A stretch of 64,000 bases of DNA from Antedon mediterranea. Lineage: Eukaryota; Animalia; Echinodermata. The notes under the pieces were generated by a model. The model made no database searches and was not told where the DNA came from. It saw only the letters and a program-made list of their open reading frames with translations. How positions within the stretch are numbered: position 1 is the first letter of the stretch; each line of letters starts with the position of its first letter. Position numbers and translations under genes: made by a program. Location of the stretch: positions 1,696,101 through 1,760,100 of the forward strand of contig NC_092677.1 in assembly GCF_964355755.1 (NCBI RefSeq). The letters are read 5' to 3'. Positions 1-10,738 of the stretch are shown piece after piece.

Positions 1-43
1 CTATTTTCAGTTTAATTAAATTTTTTTCTCTTTAAAATGACAG

Positions 44-3000
44 CACAGGATCTTTTAAACCAATGGATGGTAGAGAAGTTAAAAATCGATGACTCAGATT
101 TAAGGTTTGATGATGAAGAGGAGGAGTTGTTGAAAGGATGTAATGGGATAAATGAACCAAAGAAAACAGACCTAGAAACAATACTGAATGTGGACTTCAG
201 TGAATCTAGTTTGTTTGATCCGTACGATGGTCTAAAATCTGAAGGTACGTTTATCCTTAATACAAACGGGAGAATTTACTTTTTTGTTAAACCAAAAACA
301 CAATATGCAGTCAATATGTAGAAATACCTACAAGACATTTCGTTGACATGATTCAACAAAAAAGTAAATATTCCAGTTTGTATTGAATTTGGAACCAGAT
401 GAACTTATTCAATGATATGATTAATATTTATTTATTCCAATTCTAGAAAAAAAATAACAAAATATCATTGTGAAAACAGAAATCAATCAATAAAATGATG
501 TGCACATATTTACATTGAATATTTTTTTTTATTTACTGTATAATTACTATTTTATGAGTTTCAGATATATTTAATGAAATTGACAGCAGAGATGAACATG
601 AAACGGTTCAAGGAATCTTAGAAAGCATGTTAAACCAGGAGTTTGTTGAAAAATCATTTAAAAAGCAGAACCTTGGATTGGAAAAGAAACACAAAGATCC
701 AAAAACAACAATGCAAGCACGACAAAATCAAGTAAGTCTTTACTTAGTGAGTTATTGAGTACATGTATATTCTAGACTAGTGGTTGTACAGTACCAGTAT
801 TCACCGTTCAAACAGTTAACACTTAAAATTTACCAAATGTCCTATTCTAAATCCTCAAATATTTATTGATTTTAGTGGAATACAGTACTTAGTAGTTAAG
901 GGAAACATCTTTCTTACTTAAGTATGTCCTTAAGTTTCTACAGTAAAATATTATTTTGAATTTTGAAGGTCAGAGCAAATAGATTGAAAAGACGGCAAGA
1001 AAAAGAGGAAAAGCAAAAAATACTTCAAGCCAAGAAATATGCACAGTTCCAGGCAAAACAAATTGTTTTAAAGGATGAACAAGAGAAGAAAATGAAGTCT
1101 AAAAAAGAAGAGAAACTCATCAAACAAGAGATGGCTAAAATCAGGAAAGAAATGTTAGAACAGAGACGTCTGGAAGAGGAGGCTAAACTAGAAAAGAAAC
1201 ATCTGGAAGAGGAGGCTAGAGTAAAGGATAGACTAGAAAAAGAAAGACAAATATCAGTTAGGGAAGAAGCAATAAAACAGCTTAAAAAGGAAGAAGAAGA
1301 AAACAAAAGAAGAATAGAAGAAGAAAGAATAGATTTATTGAAGAAAGTGCATGATCAGAAAGTTTCTAAACAAAAAGAAGAATTAAAGGTAATAACCAAT
1401 GTTTAGCCTGTTTGTAGCCATCACATTTACATAATCTATTTTTAGCCTGCAAAAATACATGTTTCTTTTATTCTATTTTTAGATTCTTAAACAACATTTC
1501 TCTGCCTGGTACAAACTAACACTAAATAATCGCTTAAAAATTGGTAAGGCACGTGCTGTAGCTGACTGGAGATGCATGCTGCGTGCCTGGAATGCATGGA
1601 GATCATACGTCTACGCAGCGACTGCAGAACGCGATTTGAAAGAAACAGAATGGCACGTTAAAGAATCTCAAAGGTTAGATTATCATTGTAAAATAAGAGG
1701 ACATTTTTAAAGAATTTTATTGTTGATATGAAGTTTGATATAGATATTATATTATATATATATTCTGTGAAGCTCTTACTCCCTGCATAAGTACATTCCT
1801 AGCAATCACTATCATCTATTTTTCCAAGTTAAGATCTTTTACTTATTTTACTTTCAATTGCTTTTTTTATTTTATTTATTTCATGGATTACTTTTATTTT
1901 TATGTGGAGCGCATAGAGGCTTTATGCATTATGCGCTTAAAGTCCAAATTTATTATTATTTACAGAAAGCTAACTTTAGCAGATAAGTTCAGTCGACACA
2001 AGATGTTAAGGAAGCATTTTATGGCCTGGTACAGTATCACACAAGCTGAACTAAGATCAAATGCACTATTTAAGGATAAAAACACAACACACAATAAGAT
2101 GGCTATGTTTCTGGAGGCAGCTGCATCTGGAAAGCTATGGATGAATAGAGAACAAGAACCGAATATGGAGGCGGATTGGGATGGCCATAGGAATGAACCT
2201 AAGATGCCCAACTCAAGTAAAAAGTCCAACAGGCCAGACTCAAATAGGCGTCGAAAAAAGTCTGAATCGAACTCTAAACAAGTTGTAAGACAAACATTAT
2301 TCTTAAGCTTTATCTACACTATCAAGCTAGTTCGAAAAAAAAAGTGTGATGTGCCCAAATATGGTAGTGATATGACATCACCATGTCTATATATGGGCAC
2401 ATCACATTAAGTTTGTGTAGACAGAGGTTTAGATTAGATTATTTGTAGATTTACTGTAGGTTAGCATGCATTGTATATTGTAAACAGTACTGTAGGTAAT
2501 TATTGGTTTTAGCCTATGTTTAGATATTTAAAACAGGACCAGATTCTCCATCATATAACTTTTTTCAATTAAAAATAATGATAACAAAACAATTAACATT
2601 TATATAGCCTATATTTCTATGATAAGATCATAATCAGCAGTGCTTCCAATACTTTTTTGAATATGTTTTGTTATATAATGTATATAATATTATGTCTTTA
2701 TAAATTCTGTTGAATCTACAGTACTGTAGCATACATTCTCTTCTGGTATTATAAAGTTTGTAAGCCAATTCTTATTGATACTGTAGGAGGATATGCTTGC
2801 TGACCCCGGCAGAACAAACATGACACAAGCTGCTTCAACAACCCGGTCAGAGGTCAGTGATGGTGATAATAAAAACCAAAAAAGAAATATAGAAAAACCA
2901 AGACATGCCTGGCAAGTAACAAGAAAACATACCAAACTTACCAAAGATGAAATCGCTAGTTTTCAACTGGAAGAAAATCGAACAGATTGCAATAACTCGG

Positions 3001-6000
3001 GTGACAAAAACGACAAACGTTCACCGAGATCAAAACAAGCGATTAAGTATACTGTGAACAATATAGAACATCGCTACGCAGCTCAACAGAAGATATTAGC
3101 AGATCAGCAGGTACAATTGAAGGAACAGCATCGAATGATTGAGGAGTTGATGGCACAGCAACGACAAAAGGCACTGAGCCATGAACTAGCTAACGTGCAG
3201 GGAACTAATTTTGGAGAAGCTGGTCTTAGAGACGATGGTCTTAAGGATGGGCTCAGTGATAGACTACATAATCCAGACACAGCAAGGTAAATGTTCCTTC
3301 CAGACTGCTCCCAGTTTACGTCAATTTTTAATATTGCTTATATATTAGTAAAGACTAGTATAGTTAAGTTAAGTTAAGTAAATAAGGTTGACAATTAATG
3401 TCTTGACATCTCGGTTGATGCTACAAAATTCTGGAGAAGAACTTTACTAAGTCAATTTAAATCTAATTTTTATATATTAAATTATTTTATTATTTTTACT
3501 TTTTATTGTAAAGGACACAGACAACATCAACTTCTAGGTCTGATAGTTCTGAAATAAGTGCAACATCAAAACCTGACTCTACTAGAACAGCTAGCACTGT
3601 ACCACTACTCAAAGGGATGGAAGAAAGGGCAAAGGAAAGAGCAAAACGAAAAGCAGAAATAGAAGAAATAAGACGCAAAAAGGAAGAGCAACAATTAGTA
3701 TGATATTCATTTTATTTCAGAAACAATTTCATTAATACATTAATTAATGAGTAATGTGTTTTTCATGGTTTTTTGCCTTTATTGTATACCAGACAATTTT
3801 ATAATGTAGGTTAAATTAACTTTTTATAGGCCAAAAGAAAAGAGGAAGAAGAGAGAAAGCTAGCAGAAGAAGAAGCAGAGAAAAGGGCAAGAATTGAGAA
3901 AAGAAAAGAAGAAAAGAGACTTGCACAACAGGTAATGACATTGTACTGAATAGGATATTAGTTGGGATTCCATATTTTAATTTATGAGTGAGTGATTGGC
4001 CGAGCAGTTAAGTGGAACCGTAATTATGTAGCCATAACATCGACAGGGGCTCGAGGCTCACTAACTCCATGGTTCTGGTGGTAGAACGAGTCTTCTCGGA
4101 TAAGGACTATAAACCGTACACATCGTAGGTCTTGTGTACACATCTAACCTAGTACATCTTTCGAGACGAGTAGGGGGTTACCCCGGTGTACTAGTACATC
4201 ACAGAAACTGATCATAACTGGGCCCTCTGGGAGACCAGTCTTTGACTGAAGTGGTCGCCCAGTATAATTAAAATATTTCATATTTTGGTGTAATCTTGAG
4301 TCCTACTGTAGTTAAATTCACAATAAAATTTATCTTTTATGTCATTACCCGCAATCTAACAACATGCATTTATTTATTTATATTATGACTCATCATCAAA
4401 GAAAGGAATTTATTTGATTACTTACTTTTATCCTAGTCATTGCACTCTAGCTAATTAACTTTTATTTGAATATTTCAGAAAGAACTTGAAAAACAAGCAA
4501 GGTTGAACGAACTTGCCGAGAAGAATATCTTGGCTGCTGAACATCACAGATTAACACTTTTACGAAATAAAGGATTTAAACCATGGTGCAGGCTCGTACA
4601 AAGAACACGTGATAGTTATGAAAAGGCAATGAATCACCATAGTAACCAGTTACTAAGAGACTGCTTACTGTCATGGCATCAGTGTACACAGAGTAATTTA
4701 CAACAAAAGAGAGCATGTGCAGATGAGATGTATTCAATTATTCTTGTGAAGCGTTACTTTAATTCTTGGAAAAGGGTAAATACATTTGTTATTCTACTCT
4801 TATATACGGTTTTAACCTTAAAGCTCTGTCTTCACTATCAAACTTTATGTGACAAATAAATGTGATGTGCCCATATATGGACATGATGATGTCATATCTG
4901 ACTACCATATTTAAGCATAACATATTTGGGCACATAACACTTTTTATGTCAAATTAGTTTGATAGTATAGACAGGGCTTTATGCATAACAAAAATTACAA
5001 AATACAGCAAATTGTAGGATTAATATCAATATTTATTTTTCTATTGTATAATAGGAATACAATGCCGTTCACAAATAATTTAACAAAAACCACAGACCAA
5101 TAAATAATGCAATATTTAAAATATAATTATATTTAATGCTTGTTTTATACGAATACTATTTTTAAATGTCTGGAATGAAACTTTTCTTTTAAAAAGGAAT
5201 GTAAAGTAACAGCTAGTATTCAGACTTAATTATGATACACTTTCAATAAACTATACTAAACTAGTATTAATGATGACACACTTTCAATAAAGTATAACAA
5301 AACTAGTATTATGCAATGTTTTGCTACAGTATGGTCACCGTCAATAAATTAACTAAACTATACTTTTGATATTTTGTTACAGTATGGCCACCTGCAGTCT
5401 ATTCAGCTACAGAAGGCAAGGAGACATTACAGAAAGACATTACTGTTCAAGGTGTTGATAGCATGGTCTGATCATGCAGTACATGAGAAATTAGCAATGA
5501 TAGATAAAGAGATCCTTGCTGAACAACATGATTTCCAGTTAGTAATACTGTTTTATTTTATATAATTATTTCTGTTCGATTTTCTCCTTTTTTTGGCTTT
5601 TCAAATAGATACTAGCCTAGTGTTTATTTGTCTGCCTGCACTATCAAACTAGTTTGGCAAATAAAGTGTGATGTGCCTAAATATGGTAGTGATATACTGT
5701 CACCATGGTAATGATATGACATCATAATGTCCATAAAATATGGGCACATCACATTTTTTGTCATGTAAAGTTTAATAGTGTAGACATATACTGTACATAG
5801 TATTGTTTGATAGGCATATGATCCAAAATTGAAGATAATTGTATTTTGCTTTCTTTTTACTTTTTAATTTGTTTTGTTTTTTTCTTAAATTATATACAGA
5901 CGAGGTATAAAGACTGTGTTCAATGCATGGCGGCGCTTTCCTAAAATGTTGAAGATGGAACGAGAACGAGAAAAACGGGTGCTGGAAATGAGAAAGAAGG

Positions 6001-6032
6001 TTGCATCGCTTTTACCAGATTTTGGAACCTAG
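44..6032 (+). CDS. CCDC191: Coiled-coil domain-containing protein 191 (multi-exon; 5' end lies upstream of the window)
   Basis: Approximate GT-AG exons: 44-244, 565-731, 969-1388, 1483-1673, 1966-2284, 2787-3286, 3514-3697, 3830-3931, 4479-4775, 5383-5542, 5900-6032 (TAG at 6030-6032). The peptides AQDLLNQWM, DPKTTMQARQNQ-VRANRLKRR, repeated F/L-x-x-W Sfi1-like motifs (HFSAW, HFMAW, YFNSW, VFNAW) and the C-terminus RVLEMRKKVASLLPDF match my recollection of CCDC191/KIAA1407. Confidence 0.8.
3985..4270 (+). mobile_element. tRNA-derived SINE (Deu/Nin-like central domain)
   Basis: A-box-like TGGCCGAGCAGTTAAG, B-box-like GGCTCGAGGC, and central CTCGGATAAGGACTATAAACCGTA...GAGTAGGGGGTTACCCCGG. The 3' tail GTCTTTGACTGAAG..CCCAGTATAA recurs inverted at about 24740-24770. 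Confidence 0.65.
4821..4980. mobile_element. About 150-bp palindromic MITE, PIF/Harbinger-like (family copy)
   Basis: TIR AGCTCTGTCTACACTATCAAAC with TWA flanks. There are about 15 copies in the window: 2305-2429, 4821-4980, 5629-5788, 10060-10205, 10286-10430, 18301-18407, 19329-19469, 21031-21167, 21169-21312, 26396-26522, 29204-29335, 31508-31603, 35268-35396, 49729-49870, 56458-56590. Confidence 0.85.
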
Positions 6033-6455
6033 CAGAACACTTCAGGTTTTGTTAATCATAAGCCTTGATAATTAACCAAAGACTTTACAGTAAGAGCATA
6101 AGAGTAAGTAAGAACATTAGTAGTACTAAGGTCGTGACATTAGAAACTTGTTAACAGACTGGTTTCAGAATAGTAAGATATATCAACAATGATAAGTTTA
6201 TACAAGCTTAAACTTTATGTAATCTGAAATGTTCTCTTAGTTTCTTATCTGCTGTATTAGTGTGTGGAATTTATAGAAAGTTTTTATAACAAAATTAATT
6301 TTATAATTCCAATATTTATGTGAATGATTTTTTTATATAATTTCGGATAATCATTTTGTGCAATATTAGTACTAGTTTCTTAAACCATACAAGGGTTTTA
6401 CCAATCTAATTCGTTAATAATGTAGAATAATGAATGTATAAATATGGTCAAGTCT

Positions 6456-7247
6456 TTAGGTTAATAATTTTACCACCAGTATAGTAACTAGAATGGGATA
6501 AATCAGCATAAAAGCAATAACTGCTACAACAGTTGCTGTGCTGTGTGTGCCAGAAAGGAAGCTACTGACATCTAATCCTCCAAACAAGGTGTTGCCAAAA
6601 AAAGCAGAACTCTCCACTCTCCTTGACAGCGTCTCGATACTCAATCCAGTTGCTGAAGCCTTTTTGATCCTGTCTTGCACTACTTCTTCGAGTTCTCGCC
6701 AATTCTCACAATATGCCAACAATTGGATGCAGAATTCCTTTGAAAATTCCACGCAGTCGTCCAAAAGAACTCTGTATCGATGCGGTGCTGCACGTAGTGT
6801 TGCCAGATCCAACCCATAAGGACTTGTACCTTGGTATTTGCCAATGTAATAGCTTTTTTTTATTCTGTGTTTGACATCTTTAAACTGAGTAAATTCCTTC
6901 TTGACCTTGTACATCTTTAATTGAACTTCTTCAAATGTCAGTTCAATTGTGTAGCAGAAGTTTACGTCAGGTATGTCAAATGGTTTGTTGTCTGCATCTG
7001 GCATCAGGTCATCCATTAATGGGCTTTTAGGACCATCTCCTCCAACTGGTACACAGAGAATAAAGGCATGCCAGTGTTTGTTGACGCATATGAAAACATC
7101 ATACACATATTTAGCCTTTGAAAGCAGTCTTTTAATGGAGTCTTGGTCCTTCTTCTTGTATGCTTTAACTACCTCTTTGTCCAGATCAGACACATTGTTG
7201 ACGTAGTAGGCCAAAGGGTCAATGCCACGAATAGTACCTTCAACCAT
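6456..7247 (-). CDS. Uncharacterised permuted papain-like NlpC/P60 protein (PPPDE/DeSI- or LRAT/PLAAT-like) with C-terminal TM anchor, 263 aa
   Basis: Uninterrupted ORF. Motif order is His (KHWHAFILC), then TIEL, then YRVLLDDCVEFS, resembling the Y-x-L-x-x-x-N-C-x-x-F motif of permuted NlpC/P60 enzymes. The C-terminus is hydrophobic (VVAVIAFMLIYPILVTILVV). An acceptor TAG 15 nt upstream of the ATG (about 7262-7264) suggests a 5' UTR intron. Confidence 0.7.
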   Translation of the reverse strand: MVEGTIRGIDPLAYYVNNVSDLDKEVVKAYKKKDQDSIKRLLSKAKYVYDVFICVNKHWHAFILCVPVGGDGPKSPLMDDLMPDADNKPFDIPDVNFCYTIELTFEEVQLKMYKVKKEFTQFKDVKHRIKKSYYIGKYQGTSPYGLDLATLRAAPHRYRVLLDDCVEFSKEFCIQLLAYCENWRELEEVVQDRIKKASATGLSIETLSRRVESSAFFGNTLFGGLDVSSFLSGTHSTATVVAVIAFMLIYPILVTILVVKLLT

Positions 7248-9968
7248 TGTGATGTCTATGTCTAGTCAAATATTGAAATAAAATGCTTTAATAAGATCAA
7301 TACAAAGTATGTTTTTATGATTGAAAAAACAAGATACAATGCATTTTTTTCATTACAATTTTTAAAACAATTCTTACAAAAAATGCTGCTTGATTTTTTG
7401 ACGTAATAGTTTTAATTATTGTTCTTTCGTCATTAAATGATGTTTTAATTGATATTCTATTTAATGATTTCAGAAATAATGATTTATAATCAATTTTATT
7501 TGTTTAACGATCAGTAGGCCTAGTAAACATTTAGTGTAACAGAAGATATATGGTATGAAATGCTCTATTTAATTATACAGCAGGACCTATCAGGTATTAA
7601 ATACATCATTGTTTTGAGGATGGAAATTATGATTGGATTCAGTTTTCCTTCTGTAGTTGATTTTACTTATCAATTAATAAATTAAATCAAACAATCAACT
7701 TGAGTTTGAGATGTTACAATTGTACCTTCATTAGTTACTTACCAATCAAATTCAAATACTGCCTTCACTCATTATTGAAATGGTAACAATGCAGGTAAAG
7801 ATGCTTATTACTGTACCTGTGCAACCTGGAGAATTAGCTGTAACGATATCAATCTCACAGATAAGCTTGTCCCTGTAAATTCCCAATTATATTTTTAACT
7901 ATTACTTACTATGCTTTGTCTGGCGTATTGTATTACCATAGAGCAATGAAACAGAAACTACGTACTACTATTTGCAGTGTCTGTGTGGAATTGAGCATAG
8001 TACATCTGTTTGAACTGCTTTCAGGTTAACCACTGATGCAAATCAATAATAATATAATGTAATGACAAAGTGCAAAGCCATAAATTACAAGCGTTTAATG
8101 AATGCTATGCACATAAGATTGCATAGATCTGGTCTCTTTCCAAAATTCAACTGTAAAAGTTAACAAAAAAAGAAACAGAATATGGTAGGCTTTATCTAAT
8201 TGGATGTATGGTCAATGTGTATACATTACAACTGTACATAAGCTGTACAAACTAGACACCTGAGTGTATACTACACTTGTTCTTTGATTAATATGCCTCA
8301 CATGCCATTCATTATTTTGCACTAATGAACGATGAACATTCAGCACTAATTACTCTTGTCAACTACACTTTTTATAGACATTTTCTGTTGCTTTAATTCT
8401 AATGCTAATTTCAATTATGACTCCATTACTATTTTCTTTATTTAAACTTTTATTTGGTAACTTTAACAAATGTTTTTGTATGTACATGCTTCTGGTATAT
8501 CATACAAGTATAAGAAACTTTAAATGATTTCTTTTCCTACATATCACCTGTGATATTAGACTATACAACCATCAGCAATCTTAAACAACAACTATAGGAT
8601 GAATGAAAAAGAAAGTAGAAAGAATCTGCACTGTACAGAAGACACATACATATATGTTATACTAAAAGAGAAAATATACATAATCTATATATAAATTTAC
8701 GTAAGGGCAAAATTTGGTAAATCGCGCCTTACTTCTAGAATTTTTACTCGATGGTATATAAAGTTGGTTCGTACTTTCGGTACTGAATTTAACCACCTGA
8801 TGTAACCCTGTTTACTAATTAAATTGAGTTAGATAATTAGTTATTGACGATTAAAACGAATTTAGGTTCAACGATTTGCCCCAAATAGGGGTGTTTTCCG
8901 ATCGTGGTATACACTGTCTAATGGATGTCCGTCTTGAAAAATACCCGCCACAAAAATGCGAGGAGGCTTCGCATTTTCCTATCTCCTCCTACGATAATTG
9001 TTTTTAATAGCTGAAAACCGGTTGAACAGCTAGAGTACAGCATCATAATGTTGAAGACAGGCCGATTTTCTTTAAAAAATACTATTTTGATAGATTTAAT
9101 ATACGATTATACAAATGTATTGATTTGCGATGAATGGAACATCCCAATCTCTCAGTCTGCCAGAGTTTGGTTGGTTAAACACAAGTAGGTAAATTTATGA
9201 TTCTTTAGTTTAACACATACGGTAGGTAAATATATGGGCCCTTTGAGAATAAACTTGAACAATACTGTAAATACCTATTAACTATTTTTGTCCTCATCTG
9301 AATCGAAAATGTCTTTACTGTGAATGTTCGTACTGTTAGATGTAATATAAATTTATATACAAATAAACTTTATTACTGAGATTGTGGATAGGCTCTACTG
9401 TTAGATATATAAACACATTATTATATACAAATAAACTTGATACTGACAGTTCCTTCTCAACGTTTGTATTAATTAATAATTACCAAAAATATAAACGTCG
9501 TAGTTGTGTATCGTGACATGTACTTTAATATTTCAATCGATTATGACAGTGACTGTTTTAACAAAGTATTACATCGCAAATATTTTACTGTATTTAGAGG
9601 TATATTATTTATAGGCCTATAAAACATGAAAAAAATATTTCGTTACTGAGTGAATAAAAAATATATTTAAAAATTGTTCCTCTTTGTACCTATCCGCTTT
9701 CCCATCCCTCAACCCTAATGTTACATATAAAACACAAATTGGGTTTCTTTAAATGAGTCCAAATCACAAATTTGGACTCATTTTGTGATAAGTTTCTCCT
9801 TCGGAAGTAATTCCCAGGGTGCTAATTTTACACTACATAAATCATCGTGTCTATTTATTCGTTTCTGTAAACGACAATGTATTATAGTCCCGCGGTACGT
9901 ACATTTGAAATCGCCAGTTTTGTTACGCTGCAATTACTGTGTATTCGAGAACCATCTGTGGGCACGAC

Positions 9969-10005
9969 CTAGATGGTATGCGAGCGAAGCGAGCGTACCA
10001 TCTAG
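9969..10005 (+). mobile_element. Hairpin ending in CTAG, probable Helitron/Helentron-type 3' terminus
   Basis: CTAGATGGTATGC-GAGCGAAGCGA-GCGTACCATCTAG followed by T, forming a 13-bp stem with one G-T pair. Confidence 0.4.
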
Positions 10006-10059
10006 TAATAATAATACACTTTAACTTATTTTACTTTAAAATTAAGATTAACATCTGTT

Positions 10060-10430
10060 AAGCTTGTCTACACTATCAAACTTTATGTGTCAAAAAAGTT
10101 TGAAGTGCCCATATAATTATGGTAGTGATGTGACATCATCATGTCTATATATGGGCATATCACATTTTTTTTGTCAAATAAAGTTTGATAGTGTAGACAA
10201 GGCTTAAAGGTATTTAAACATTTTAATTTAAAACTAAAATATTTTATAAAAAAATAAAACCATGCTTTTTTAAATTACTTATTGTAAACCTGTCTACACT
10301 ATCAAACTAGTTAGGGTAAATAGGGTAGTGTTATGCCCAAATATGGTAGTGTTATGCCCAAATATGGTAGTGCTATATATGGGCATATCAAAATTTTTTT
10401 GTTTAAAGTTTGATAATGTAGACAGAACTG
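10060..10430. mobile_element. Two neighbouring copies of the 150-bp MITE
   Basis: TGTCTACACTATCAAACT ... AGTTTGATA(G/A)TGTAGACA termini at 10060-10205 and 10286-10430. Confidence 0.8.
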
Positions 10431-10738
10431 AATGGTTTCTTTTCAGCACTTAATAAATCTTACTGAATCTATATTGTATACAATCAATTATAGTTAGTCT
10501 GTCTTTACGTCTTTCACTTTGATGAAAATTCTTTAAAAATAACAAAAATATTTTATACTTGCCATCATTAAAACTATTAATGCTTTTTAACTTTCATTTC
10601 TTAAACAAAATGGCTTAATTTCATCCACAATATAAAAGACCCGTGGAACTAATCTATATTGTATACAATCAACTGTAGTTAGTCTGTCTTTAATTCTTTC
10701 ATTTTCATGAAAATTCTTTGAAAATAACAAAATATTTG

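Noticed and set aside
37-321. ATG at 37 as a gene start and a 94-aa protein
   Set aside because: It is better explained as an internal CCDC191 exon (acceptor CAG 41-43, donor at 245); the N-terminus lies upstream of the window.
1025-2944. Minus-strand ORFs 1025-1306, 1960-2229 and 2690-2944
   Set aside because: They are antisense to CCDC191 exons and are low-complexity S/F/L shadows of E/K-rich codons.
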